Below, one piece after another: positions 1 to 13,500 of a stretch of 64,000 nt of DNA. Source of the DNA: Klebsormidium nitens (lineage: Eukaryota; Plantae; Klebsormidiophyceae); assembly GCA_000708835.1 (NCBI GenBank), contig DF237092.1, positions 85,365-149,364 on the forward strand, written 5' to 3'. The position numbers and the translations under genes were made by a program. The notes under the pieces are model-generated. The model was not told the origin of the DNA, made no database searches, and saw only the letters and a list, made by a program, of their open reading frames with translations. How positions within the stretch are numbered: position 1 is the stretch's first letter; every line of letters starts with the position of its first letter.

Positions 1-3000
1 CGAAAATTGCTATCCTGATCCAGTGTCTTATCTCGTGCGGCTTGGATTGTGTTTTCCCTAATCTTTATTTGCCTTCAAGCTTTTCCTTCTAAAAGCTGCT
101 AGGAGCCACTCTAGAGGGTGGAAATCCTAAATGACCTTTGCCTTGTCGCTTGGACTTGTTCGGGGTTTTGTTGAGTATATGTAATGTTGGGCAGCTTGCT
201 TTTGATGCATGGGCCCCCGCATGTGCACGAAGTGCCACAGATGATGTTTGCACAGCTGAAGCCAAAGCTTTTTCGTTCTGACATGATCAGTTTGTTTTCG
301 TTGTGACATGGGCCCGAAAAATACAACTCCTGACGTGACCTGAAATCTTGTATGCAGCCAGACTTCAATCCATCAGTATGCACACGTTCTGCGAAGCACT
401 TTGAGTAGATGCCTTTCCTTCCGGGAGTCACCCAGCCTTGATATATACCCTGCCAGTGTTGCTTATTACTTATATTGAAGCGTCACCTTATATTGTTCTG
501 GTGGCCGTGATGGAAACTAGAGCGGTGCTGTTTCCGGGCCGCCAGCAATGAATGCCGCTCCTGATGTCAAGCTTGTTGAGGCTGCTGAAAGGTGGAGAGC
601 GTGCGCTGAGGTCTTTTATATGTCCTGCTTCGAACACTTGCAGAGATAGATATGCAGACACGGATTTGGTTGAGTCTCTCCTCCGGCGTTCTCTAATTGA
701 ATCGGTTGAGGCTTGTCGCTTGATCGACTATGTTGGTGCTACCTTGAGTTGATCACGCTCTTAGATTTGCGACTATTGCCTGGCTTCCTCGATAGGAGAC
801 TCTTTAAGTAGGTATCTTCAGTTTAGGAGTCAAGTGTCTGGCTGGAGCGCCGGTCGGCCGTGATGGATCATGCTGATGCTCTGTTTCAGTGTGAGAGAAG
901 TCCTCTGCAGAAGCCGGAGTAGGTACTTTTGAGTCCACTCATGCCTTACGGTTCAAAGCACGCCTGCTTTCCAGCGGGTATTGAAGGTTTGAAATCCTAA
1001 AGGCAGTTTGAATACATACATTTGGTTGACATCAACCGGGATGTTGCGTCCTCTCCGCCTCAAACTGATGGGTTGTCTCCTCGGTCCACGCAACGGATGA
1101 TTTCGATGCACCCCCGTTCGGACTGAAGTTCCTGAAGCGATTGCGGGTTTGAGATCTATTTTATTGTTGTGCTTAAGGTCTAAGTCAATCTCCTGTTTCT
1201 GGTTTTTACATAAAACGCAAACGTAGCAACGAAGTACATCCTGAAAAAAAGCCTGGCTAGAATGGCTTTGTTAACGAGGTCACGCACTCATAGATGTACC
1301 TTGGGTCCCAGAAGCCAGGAGCCCAAGAGTGGTTCGTTTTCACTTTGCTTTGCTCTTTCCATGTTAGCTTCCTCTTGTCGCCAAGACCTTTTAAGTATAT
1401 TGCGTGCAGAAGGACATACCATGTCGCTTCCTGGACGTCCTCTTGTCTTCGTTTTCCAGCTTGCTTCCTCTGCTTGTTATATCTCATGCCACTCTTGAAA
1501 CGAGAGGATCGTGTTCCAGCAGAGACACTTCTGGCACCTCCGTTTGCCAGTGGACAAGCGCGTCAACAGCAGAAAGGCATCGATTTAATAAGTGTTCATG
1601 GGTGTGTTATTTCCGATAACATAGCTACCTGACACGCTTGGAAAACCCTGGCTATGACGTTAAGAGAACTGTGGCATCGCTTCAAGACTCATCGAAAACC
1701 AGATCAGAAGCCGGATTTCTGCATCTACCAACCTCCGATTGAAATGTCGATCGATTGCAAGACGGCTCTCTGGTTGCTGAGTTACTTTCTACCGTTGTTT
1801 TTCGAAGCCGTCCGTTTGGATGACTGTGTTCGTTCTCCATCCCTAGTTGCTAAAAACACCGGCGTTGCCCGGACTCTTGCTCTTTTCTGGTCACCCCGCC
1901 CTAATATTTTCGCTGCGGTTGCTTTCGTGTGAGTCACTGTTGGCAAGACTCGATGCTGAAAGTGTCCTGAAAGTCTTCCACTCCTTCCTACTCCGTCATC
2001 TTTCCTCAAACTTCGGGTATGCACTGCTGAAAAGCAGACGGGACTGTGATAATCTGCCGTTATCTCGTTGGGTCGACAACGAATGATTTACGTCCTGATG
2101 ATGCTCGTGAAATTTTTCTCACTCAGAACGAGCACACGTGCTCAAATTTGACGACCCGACCCGATGCCCGACTGAGAGCTGGTTACGCCATTTGTGCGAA
2201 GCGGTTGCTTGGCACAGACCAGCCCAGGATACCCTGCGCATGTTTTCTAGATCTGAAACTTGATGGTCGAGTCTCTCCCCTCCCCTCCCTTCTTGGTGCG
2301 CATGCTGTTCCATGGCAGCTCTTTAAAGACCCACCGAATCACTTCTTACGGTTCACTCGTTTTCTCGAGGTTTGAGCGAAAGGATTGTACCTCCGGCTAT
2401 GACGTCCTGCGAAGTCTTGCAAACAGGTTGCAACCAGACAGTTGCTCAAACAATTGGCTCAGCTGTTCAGCCCGTCAACTAAGCGCCCTGCTGCGGGTTA
2501 TGCTCGACATGTATGCAACGTAGGCGCCGCTAGTACATTAGTCCTTGCGCTTGGCTCTGTTGCAAGGTGCCAGTGATATTATCCTTGATGCTGAAGCCAG
2601 GATTGGTCGACACGTCCAGTGGCCTTTGCACTCGCCCTGTTCGTCTATGTCTCCTTAGCATGGTCACAACTTGCACTTTCAAGCTTCTTATGTTCCTCCG
2701 AATTCCCCACGTTCTGCAGTATGTCGAGGTCATCCCCAAGCTTGTTGCTTAAAGCAATGTTTGGAGGTGACATCCCCTGGCGTTTTGCCTTGGATCGGGT
2801 CTGCAAAGGACTGCAGCCGTGACCAACTAAAACCTTGAGGTTCCGGCCTCATCAAGCTTGCGACCATTCAGAAGCTGTTGCCAACGCGCTCGGATTGCCT
2901 AGCCAGGAAGTAACTCGATATGGAGCCTTGTAGCAGAGTGTTTGTTACATCGCGTCTTGTTTTCGAGCTTTTCGACCTTTGACTCGTTTTTCTAAAAGGT

Positions 3001-3965
3001 GCACAACTTTTTCCACAGTGGACGAAGTTAAGACTTTGAGCCGGTCTGGCCATGATGCGGAGCACTGCGCGACACTGTCGCATGGGGGTCTTTTGCGCCC
3101 GCTTTGAGGCCGTCCATTCCGGTTCTTCCCCTTAGATTGAGTCCTGTCCAGAAATCTGCATCGCAGGCCGTGATGGATCATGCTGAAGCTTTGCTTCAAG
3201 AAGTCATTGCTTGTCTCTGAAGCCGGAATATGCTGAGCTCGGCGCATGCCTTGGGGTTCACGCAAGTTGGTCAATACAAGAACACAACGGACGTAGATTT
3301 TAAAGGAGTTGTCCGAAGGTGCGGTGTTTGCTTGCCACTGCTTAATAGACGCGCTTCCTCCGCTTCAAGTTGCTGTTCACCTTTTTGCGAACGAGCGAAG
3401 CTTACGCATCCTTCGCTCAGGTGTTGCCTCCTCAAGCGACCGTCGATGCACGAGCTTGAATATGTGTTAGGGCTAGGTTCTTGAAGTTCAGGTGTCCTTC
3501 ACTTCCTTCCCCTCTTATCAAGCAGAATCCTGAGCCCAACGAAGTAGGCCCAACAATAGGGCTGGCTCGGATGGCTGTGTTGACGAAAGTTTTTGTCACT
3601 TAACGGCTTTCTTTCAGGTTTTCGGAAGCCAGCCTCCTCGTTGGCATGCTGAAAGCTCTCCTTTCAACTTGTGCTTCGTTATGTCTTTCCTTATGTCTAC
3701 GAGGCTTTCAATTATCCCCCCCCCGAAAGCGGATTTGCTTTCGGACGTCCTCTTGCACTACTGTTTCGATACGCTTCCGTCCTTATAACAAGTCAATCGC
3801 ATCTTCCAATGAAAAGCATTGTCCTCCAGGAGAGCATATGGTTTGCAGGTTGGTATCAGACCACCAGTCCCTGCATCTCATTCTTTCCTTACCTCTGGCC
3901 TGGAGTTGCATTTATTCATACGTGCATTTTCGATCACGCAGCTACTCGGCTCCGCTTGAAAAACT

Positions 3966-4026
3966 CAACCGGCTATGATGTTGTCTGGCATTGCAGCGTT
4001 GCCTCAGGCTTCTCAGAAGCTGGTTG
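3966..4026 (+). ncRNA. Candidate K-turn/C-D-like stem-loop element
   Basis: CAACCGGC-T-ATGATG...CAGA-A-GCTGGTTG: 8-bp terminal stem; internal GGCA/TGCC hairpin. Confidence 0.4.
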
Positions 4027-4890
4027 CACATATCTGTTGATCTTGAAATAATCGATCCGGCGTCTATGGATGCTAGGTCGAAGTGTGCTGCTGTTGACCG
4101 AAGACGTCCGGACGAGGTTGTGTATCCTTTCTCCATGATGACCATGTGAAAGAAACGGCCGGTTTTCCTTCCGGGTACACCGCCCTGTTCCCTCGCTGTG
4201 CTCAATTCTCTGACGACCAGATCCGATGCTAGATCCTCTTCAAAGATATTCTGCTGCCATCGTCTTCCCTTGAACTTCGGTACCTTCTGCTGAACGTTGA
4301 CGGGGTTCTAGGTGTTCCGCCGTCAACTTGCAGTTAAGCAACAGAATCTGCTAGGGTCAGTGCGCGTCTACTTTCCCTCAAACATACTTGACGAGCATAC
4401 AGTGGGTAAAGAGAGGACTTTACCACATACTGACCGCAAACTTGAGTGCTGTCGGGCTCCGCCGTCCGGGCAAACTTGCGAAGCTGGACGTTGTATGAAG
4501 ACCAGCCCAACCTTTGTAGATCAAGCTACGCTGTGCTATCTGCGTCAGACTCGAGCACTGATTGCTGAGAGCTTCTCTAACTGTATTTGGTGTATTCCCA
4601 CCCTGCCTGATGCGCATGTTGGCCTAGGGCCTCTTTTATACATCACCGAAACGGTATTCTTTCAATCAGCTTGTGTCTGAGTCCTGGTCGAAGTGGTTGC
4701 ATTGATTTCAGAACCCGGTGTAAGCGTCATAAATTGGTCTTTGGCACCTTTGCTTGGGCTTCTCGGAATTCGCGACCGAGTAGACTTTCAATCAGTCGGC
4801 TGCTGTCCTGTCCGTTCATCTACCGCCCCGTCTTTTCGTTGCCTGACACGCACTTAATGTAGGTGGCGCTTCCAGAAAGAAGTTGTGCGC

Positions 4891-4960
4891 TTGGCGATGA
4901 CAGTGCCACGTGTATCAGTACTGCCACGTGTTGATTGACTGGGGATACTTCTGAAGCCAA
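4891..4960 (+). ncRNA. Candidate K-turn/C-D-like stem-loop element
   Basis: TTGGC-G-ATGACA...CTGA-A-GCCAA: perfect 5-bp terminal stem. Confidence 0.35.
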
Positions 4961-6360
4961 CTTCCGGATCGACGCTTATCGGTTGCCTTTGCGCTAATTC
5001 CGGCCTTGCCAGTTCAGTCGCAACCCCATAATCGTGTCGGATATTCTGCGCCCTCATTATTGCCCCAGTTTGAACGACACCGAAAGGCCAGCTTCTTGTC
5101 TGAAGCACTCAAAGGCTATACTTCGTGACTTTGCCTTGGATGGGGTCTGCAAAGGTTTACAGCCGTGACGAGCTTAACTTGAGTCTTCTCCTCATGGAAC
5201 GTGCCTTCTGAAGCTGGTGCCTATGCGTTGCAGTTCTTGGGCCAACAAGTTAGTCAACGTACGCAGCCCTCTGAAAGAAATGTTTCTTCGTAGAGTGGTC
5301 CATTTCAACCCTCTCAGCTTTTGATCTTTCAAGGTGGTGGATAGAACGGCGCGCTCTCCTGTCCACATTTTAGCGATGTCGCAACTCTTCGCGGTGTGGC
5401 TGTCATACTGCGCTCAGTGCGACAACGAAGGATGATTGCTTGCAAGTCTGAGGCCACTCCGTTCTGAAATGGCATTCCTTTTAGATCCGTCCTGCCCAGA
5501 GCTTAGCACCCCTCAGCCGGTTAGGACGTCCTCGACTTTGCCAGAAGGTTTTTAGATCGACTGTGTTGGAAAAAAGGTGTCGGTTCTAAAGCCGGCTTGT
5601 GCGGTTCTTTTCGGCGCGCTTGAAGGGGTTCGCGAGTCTCAGCTCAATGGCTACTTACTCGGTGGGTGTGTTTTCTGCTTTCAGCTGGCGAGATTGGGGT
5701 CAAAGATGCTTTGCTTGTCTTTCGTGCAGCCTTTGTCCACGCCGAACTGAAAACAGTCTCTTAGGAATCATCCGCCTCATCGACTGCTCTACCTTAGGAG
5801 TAGAAGTGGGCTGAAAATCTGGCCCGATGTTGACAATTGGGCTGAAGATTTGGCCCGATGTTGACAGCCGTCTCTTCTACCAACGGATGTCCGGTTTGCT
5901 GTACAGTCCACCATTGAGCGATAAAAACATCGTCGTTTTATTTCAAACTTCCTGTGTGCCATGTGTGCATCTTAGTGGCCGTTTGTACGCCTAAGTACTT
6001 TAAGATTGTTTCTAGACGCCTGCTTTTGCGACTCGACTGTGCGAGACGGCCAGGATGCCAAGTTGTCATGGATCTTTGTGACATATTGCCTGTATCAGAA
6101 GCCGCTTCAAACCTGTTGGTCCCTTCAGACTGCTCTTAATCCAGTAGGCCTGTCTCGTATTCGCGCAGCTTTTGTCAGCTTTTTCCACTCGCCTTTGTTC
6201 GCGTCGGGGGTGAAGATACAAGCCGTTTTTGCATTGGCCAAACGCTGTGCTGATTGCGGCGACATGGTTCGTCTGCCCCTTCGTGAAGAAGTGGGATCTG
6301 CTTTGGGACAAGGTCTGTGGGCTTCGTATGTAATCCAAAGTACGGCGCTCGTGCGAAGCG

Positions 6361-6434
6361 CTGAGGCCGTGACAACATAAGCTGGCTTACCATAAAGCCA
6401 GCAGAGCGGTGGTAGAGCACCTGACGCCACTCAG
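6361..6434 (+). ncRNA. Candidate K-turn/C-D-like stem-loop element
   Basis: CTGAGGC-C-GTGACA...CTGA-C-GCCACTCAG; internal 8-bp hairpin GCTGGCTT/AAGCCAGC (6381-6402). Confidence 0.4.
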
Positions 6435-6865
6435 AGGGTTCATAGGATTGTTGCTTGATGATAAGCTCTTTGCATCGTTACGCCTGCATGTCATACCGTG
6501 CTAGCCTCTATTCTGCCTGTGTCTCGCAGCAGCGCCTTTGTTATTCAACCGTTCTGAGTTCTTCGCTGGTTCCAACGTCGTCACAATTGCTAGAGCTTCA
6601 CATCGGTCCGCTAGATGATCTGACGCCGAAAACCGTTGGTTCCCTGGTCTTTTGGCCTTCCTTGATCTTTCAAACGCCTCCCTTGTTGCAAGGCTGAATA
6701 AACAAGTGTTTCGTATCGGAGGGGGAAAGTGCTGAGGCGAAACAGTCTGTGCCAAGGGTGCTCTTGCCGCACACGTCAGATCTTGAAGAAACAAAGGTTG
6801 TAGTTCCATATTATAAGAGGGCTCCTTGCATCGGAACCTGGGCAAATTCCGACGTCCGGAACGGG

Positions 6866-6929
6866 CAGGCTGTGATGCAGAAATGCTTGGGAATTTTTCC
6901 TAGTGCAGGGGATGGAGTCTGACAGCCTG
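6866..6929 (+). ncRNA. Candidate K-turn/C-D-like stem-loop element
   Basis: CAGGCT-GTGATG...CTGA-C-AGCCTG: perfect 6-bp terminal stem; internal TGGGAA/TTCCTA hairpin. Confidence 0.42.
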
Positions 6930-7216
6930 GCCATGTGCTTAGATCCTCAGTACATTTCTCAGACATCTGACAGTGTGCGTTTGAGTCAATATGAGATGCG
7001 TTGGTCAGTGGCCTCCCAACCTATTCGGGCGCAGCCCGTCCGATCCAACCAGGTGCTTAACATTTGCTGGCGCCTTCCTTTGCAGGACGAGAAAGATTGG
7101 CTTTTATGATGCAATTGTGTCAGCCTCAAGTTCTTAGTACTAGCGGATGCTGACCTGACACATGCGAGTTGCCTCACGCCTCTTGTCTCCCCGAATTCGG
7201 CATGTTTTCTGGCGTG

Positions 7217-7280
7217 GGCTGTGATGAGAATTGCCTTGGCGTGGTTGTCAAGGACTTTCGTTTGCGTCATTCTCTGAGCC
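7217..7280 (+). ncRNA. Candidate canonical box C/D (K-turn) element
   Basis: GGC-T-GTGATGA (exact box C, 7221-7227)...CTGA (box D, 7274-7277)-GCC; stem II extended by AGAAT/ATTCT; internal 7-bp hairpin CCTTGGC/GTCAAGG. Confidence 0.45.
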
Positions 7281-7531
7281 GGTGCAAAAGCCGAAGAGGC
7301 GACAATGGCTACCAGTGGACCTTCGCGACTTTCTTTTGTTCAATTTTTATTTTCTTGTGCTGATCGTTGACGTGCTGCCAGTGATAAGGGTTGTGCAGGA
7401 CAAAGAGAGTCTGGGAGGCCAAAAAATGGGTTCGAGTCTCCTTATGAACAGTCGTCCTTTTGGCTGACTTTCTCCTGCAGGTACGAATGCAGCGGCAAAC
7501 ATGCCCTGACTTGTGTCTCGCTTTGTTGCAG

Positions 7532-10500
7532 GTAAAGAACACAAAGCCCCGGGCATCAAATTGGCGTACGGCTAAGAAGGACGGAAGCTCGTCCGGGGGT
7601 GACTCCGACCAGGGCACCTGGACCCCCCACGGCGAGGCAGGCTTTCCGATCCAGCCGGGGGTGACCGGGATCGAGCTGAGCAAGAAGCGGCTGGTGTTCA
7701 TGCTGGAGGACGGGCGGCTGATTGAGCGCTTCTTGAGCGGGGCCCAGGTGAGCTTTTTGTTGTTGTCAAGCGCCTTTTAGGGGTCTTGTAGATGCACATC
7801 AAGAAGGTCGGAAGGGTCAAAGTGTCCAAGCATGGGCTAGAGAAGAATTCTCATATTTCGGCTAATTTGAGTGGCCCGTCTCTTCTGCGTGGATCAAACT
7901 ACTTGGAAGCTGCAAGAGGTGCAGGGAAACGAAGTGCGATATATAAGCGGTTTTGCCCTGGCCAAAATACGGTCTCGATTGGCCGACCATCCAGTCATGT
8001 TAGGTCGATAGAGAAGTTGCGAGAAGTCCTTCGACGCCTTTCTTGCGCTTTCTTTGGCAGAGCAACCATGATTGGACTTTGCATGCGCTTGTCTGCAATT
8101 GCAGTGGAACACTCTCGGAAATCTGGTTGCAGGCCGAAACCTGGCTATCGCCTTTTTGAGTTACAGCGGTCGAAGGACATGCGAAGCCGGAGTATGGTTT
8201 TATGCCTGAGTTCGATCAAGTCGTAGGTGTGCCGGGCAAATGAGACATCAGCATTGTTTGTCGACGTTTTTCGAGCTCCTTTGAAGCGTGTCAGCAACGC
8301 GTCCTGGGGCTCTTGCTGCTTTCCAATTCTCTTCGACCTCACCACGATCTCAGGAGCGAGGAAAGATCCGAACAACGTCCAGAGTAGAGAGAGACGACAT
8401 TTTGAAGAGTACTCCTGAATGGCACCTCCGTTTCTCTCTCTCCACAGGTCAACGAAGGGTGGCCCAGCGACGCCTTTTGGATCATCGTGGAAGTCCCGGA
8501 GAGCGAGGGCGGGAACGCCGAGTACTGCTCCAAGGAGCGGGGGCCCTCAAATTGCTTAGACGGGGTCAAAGGACGCCTGGTAAAGACCCCCCCGCCACAG
8601 CAGCGGCAGGCCGGGGGGGGCAGGCAGTCCCCCCAGAACGCGAAGAAACGGACGGACATGCTCACTGGAACCGACGGGTCAGGGCCTGGGTTAGCGGCTG
8701 ACCAGAGTGAGTTAGGGTCTGACGACCCGGAGTTAGAGTACGATGATGAGGACGAGGAAGAAGATGAGGAAGTGGTTACGGAAAAGACGGGAGGGTTTGG
8801 GGGGCCGGTGGAAAGGGGTTGGGAAGAGATTGGAGGGGGGGAGAAGGTGTGCCAGAGGGGCGAGCTGTCGGGCCGGGGGATCCAGTGCAAGCGGGTTCCG
8901 AAAAGGTGAGGGAATGAGGAAGCTTTTCGTTCTTGTGTTTCTCAAGGTGAGACCAAAGAAATTGCGGCTATGTTTCTCAGGGTAAGAGCAGAGAAACCGC
9001 GGCTATGGATTGCAGGAAGAAGTCTCAACGGTCTTAGTGAAGCAACGTCTAAAAGGATGTCCGGACAAGCGGTCAATGTTTCCTGCACTATCTTGAGTGA
9101 TGACCCCCCCTCGAGCGCGGCACTGAGAGCTTGCCAGGATCTTTTCCAAGAATAGCAGTCTACAGTAGCATACTTGCCTTCGCGTCTGGCATCAAGCCCT
9201 GATGAGTGCACGTTTGTAAGCCTCGTATCTCGTCAGTCCTGATCCGCCCAGTCTCCAGGCAACCGTTCAAGCACTAGGCCAAACAGACAATCAGCCTCTG
9301 AACAAGTTGCAAACATTTTTCTGGACATTTGGTCAATTCACACGAGCTTGACGCGGGCTCCTCTGCAGGGCCGAATTCGAAGAAGTGTCCATTTCCGCTA
9401 TGGGGGGGCTGGGAAGTGTCAACCAGGCCGGAGGAAGCACCCCCCCGAAACAGGCGTGGAAGGATGCGTTCCAATTGCGGAGCAATCCGACTACTGGAAC
9501 GGTATACCTGGTCGGGAAAGATGGGCGGATTGCGGAAAAGCGATGGAAGAACGGGGCGTGGAGTTGGAGGACAGAAGACGACCCACAGTAAGCCCGCTGG
9601 AGCATTTTCAAATGTTTGTTGGTAACATTTGAATCTGTGTGCTTTTGACCTCTTAAAACGATTCCATTTGGATTGCCTGCGAAGTCGCTTCGTGGGCACG
9701 GCTAAAGAAAGTCTTTCGTTCTTAGGCAACAATCTCAAGACTGCGTGGCGATGCTAAAGATTTGTTTAAAAGCCAGGGCGATGAGGTGTTTTTCGTATCA
9801 TGTTGCGGGTGGTGCACGCCTCGAAAAGACCTTGTGACGCTTTGACTCGGAACCTCAAAGTTGCAAGACTTGTGTTTCCTGAGACGTCGTCATTATCACT
9901 TCAGCCGCAAGTCCGAGTTCGGCCAGTGCTGGAAAAGTGTTTGAGCTCACTTGCATCAATGTCGCAGCTAGGATTGGAACCAGCGAGTCGGGCGCTTTGG
10001 CTGAGCACCGCACACCGCAGATTGAGTCAGCATGACGCTGCTAGGATTCACGATGATCAATAACGAGCGTATTCAAGATCTCAGGACGATACCGAGTACG
10101 AAGTTCAACTTACCGTGTTCTGGGTCAGTCTGCACTGCTGGTGTGGTTGCTCCAAACGGTTCTACGGGGTATCTCCGCTCGACTATGCGGAAAAGGAGAA
10201 ATCTCAAAAGATGCCGCTTGCTTTGTCCGCTAAGTGTCAAGGGCCTCAATCTGAATTGTCTGGTCGGGTGTTGACGACTTTTCCGAAAGAACTCGTGCAA
10301 GCGACCGAAACTGGTGCTTTTACCGCCAAAACAGCTCCCCTCTGTTCCTGGGGTTCGCAAGTCTGCTTGTGTAGATTCGGGCGGGCTCATTAGTATACGA
10401 CAAAACGATCGTATCACTTCATGTCTTCAAACTGCTGTATCGATGTGTATCGATGCTGTTTTATTCAGCAGATTGCGAACCGACACGTGCCAGGCTTTCA

Positions 10501-13500
10501 GTGGCTGTGATGCCAATCTGCATTTGGGCGCGCTTGCCCAATGCTTGCCCAATATTGAGCTTTTTCCATTCAGAAGCCGCAGCCTTTTCGTCCTAAAGTT
10601 GTAACGCTATGAATGTTACGCGAAACTCGTCCTCCACTTATGGCTGCGTCCTTGTATTGTGCCTTTATGAGAACAAAACGCGCCGCACCCTCAAGTAGTG
10701 TGAGCTCTTTCTCTTGTACACTGAGCGTGGCGCTCGAAACATCGGTAGGCAGTGCATTTCCATCGCTCCTTCGTCTCTTCCATCTCGTCCAAGTTTTCTC
10801 TCAACTGTTCGTCTGCATCTCGTCCTAAAAGCCCTCGAGCTCTTAGATAACGTCCGGCCAAAACAGCGAACTTGCAGTAAGCTTCAGTTACAAACTTCAA
10901 ATCTCGAGCAATGATGCTGAAGTGGAAGCCGACGTGGGGCGTCTCTTAGCTTATGTCCCAAAAGGCCATCCGTTCCATCCTGACGTTGCATCCTGGTGTT
11001 TTTAAAACGAACTATTCGTCTGGTCAAACAAAGTACGGTCGATGCGCATCTTTCACGAGGTTATTGCTCCCGAGGTAGCCTGGATCGGTTACACTTGACA
11101 AATTATGAGGGGATCCCAAGGCTTACATGCTTAGAGTTTGCGAGTTGCCCACATTTATTACGCCCTCCTCCTCTATTGCAACGCTCTGTAAGGAAGAAAA
11201 GAAACATGCCCGGACGCCGTTTCTTGTAGGAAGCTTGCGACACCGCACAGGTTGTGCACTTCAGTGGTTGCTTTGGAACCTTCTAACAGTAAGTGCTGCT
11301 TGTTCTGTCGTTTGGGGCATCTGGGAACTCTATGGCGCTGGCAACGGCCGTGATGCTAGATGAACGTGGGGGGTGCAAACAAATTTCCCCACAACCACTC
11401 TCCGTGTGTTTGATGCCATAGCCACTCTGTGTCAAGCCTTGGGAAACCTTGATTGTCGATTGCATCTTCGCTGGGAGCGCAGAATTCTTTTGCCTTCCTC
11501 CCGACCAGCTGACACGATCCTGATCTGTCCTTTGCATTCCATATGAAAGCTTGGTCCTGGGTTCGAGCTTTCGTACCCTTGAAAGCGAAACTTACGTCCG
11601 AAGTGCTAAGGGTGATTGTCAGCATCCCTGCCATTCCTTTTCTGTTGCCGTGGCCGACTCATTTTTGAGACCTACCTGAACCATTTGAGATTAGGCACCA
11701 TGGTGAACGTTCACATGGTTGATGCGCAAGCAGGGACGCAGTCCGACCTCCCAAGGAAAGGCCTCTCGCAGGTTGTTTTAGGCTGACAGAAAGCCCACAA
11801 GTGCATCCATTTGGTATGGTCGTAGCTCCGCTTGCCACTAGCCCCGGGCTTGATTCACACGTTATGCGCTTCAAAGCATGGATGTGGTCTGACTTTTGGT
11901 TTCTTGCGAGAGATGACGTCTTGGGGACGCCTCAAAACGGGCCAGGATGCGGCAGATGCTGAGGTCAAGATCCTCATGATGTAGCTTGGCGAAATGCTGA
12001 CGCCATAGTTTCACTTCTACGGAAAGCCCAAGGCAAAGCGGTGTCCTTGTCAAGTGGCAGAAAATAAGGTGTCCGTTTGTATGAGGGGGAACCGCCTGTC
12101 CTTGTTCGGGCCTCATCTTTCAAAGTCTTGCGAAGCGATCCGATGTCAAGTCGTCAATTTTTTGTAAGTCCGACGGGAGATGACTCTTGCACTTCATGTC
12201 TCTTGAATGTCCGATGATTGGGGCGCAAGCGGACGTCTGCTCCGTTACATTAAGGCGGTGATGTTAATAGTGACGCTGGGAGGGTCTCTGACCCGTTCAG
12301 ATCTTCTCTCTCGACTGAAGCCACATTTATATAATTTCGACTCCTATAACTAACTTGTGAAAGGCACAACGCTTCCGTTTTGTAAGTTGTGCTGACCCTG
12401 CAAAGGAAGGGTGAGCTCAAGATTCGCTTTCGGATCTTTTCAACGGAGGAGACTCGGTTTCTGGGTTGCACTAATTGGGAACGCTTGCAGTTCAAGAGGC
12501 ATAAGCTCTTCCTTGCGACAATTGTAACCGCAATCTCGTCTTAAATAAACATTGCCAGCTTGTAGTGAGAAAGAGCACTTTGACAGCGCCCACGATTAAG
12601 AGGGACGCTAGCTGGAGCTTTATATCGAAGGCAAGGACTCAGTAGTGAGTTGCTTCATGAAACAATACGCAACAGTGTTTTTAGCGGACCCCACTGCAAA
12701 CTGTTTGCTTGTTGCTGCTGAATTTGCACTTTCCTATAATACTGCTCATGGCGGAATCGTCTTCCGAAGCGCATCTGCATCTGAGGCGAAGACCGTCGTT
12801 TACGTTAATGAGAGGCACGTGTAAGTCAGGCAAACGAGCAAGGATGTGACCGGAGCCTTGGGGCATTCCTTAGGCGTCAGTAATCTCCCGCCGCGACACT
12901 GACTGGCTGGTGCGTACACTCCGCCGTGCAGATTCCGAGTGGTGCTTGAGGGCTTTCTTGATTCGACCCGCTTTATGTGATGCTTGTTCCCTTCTTTCGT
13001 CGTTTGCTCGTTTCTTGATGAAGGAGGGGCCTCGATGCCCCTTTTCGCTGGGCTTTCTCCGCAGCTGCGCAACGTCGGATCGGACTTGTCAACGAGGGGG
13101 GTACCGTTAGGAAAGCTGGCCGCGGCACTTTGCAACGTCTTCAGGCACGGTGCCTACTGTAGTCCGTTGGTTGCTATCAATCAAACTACAAACTCAGAAC
13201 TGCTGTCGTGCTGAGTTATCTCATGGGTCGACACAGCGGCACATTGAAGCAATAGAATCTGCACATTCTGACTGGCGGACGTAAAGGGAAGCGGCCGCGC
13301 ACTCTGCAATTCCGTTGTCCGTTGTTTGGTGAAGAGCAGAATGTAGATCACAATCAACGTACATCACGATTAATGTAGATAACAATCAATCCCCCCAGAT
13401 ACCTCTTTCTTCACGAGATGACCGCCAAGTTGATTGGGATTCGTTGCCGGTTTTGGTGTAAATGGATTTGAAAGTGATGGTGTGGAAAAAGCAAATGGTA

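Larger units (their letters stand above)
480..5600 (+). repeat. Old tandem duplication with ~2.3-kb period (about 2.2 copies)
   Basis: Colinear anchors at offsets of ~2310-2350: ggccgtgatggatcatgctga 856/3166; ctggctagaatggct 1254 vs ctggctcggatggct 3566; ggctatga 1648/3971; ttgccttggat..ggtctgcaaagg 2786/5131; ttagat..gtcctg.ccaga ~3131/5481. Confidence 0.7.

Noticed and set aside
8339-8890. 183-aa minus-strand ORF with a poly-Ser run
   Set aside because: Antisense shadow of the acidic, GC-rich plus-strand exon 8448-8905.
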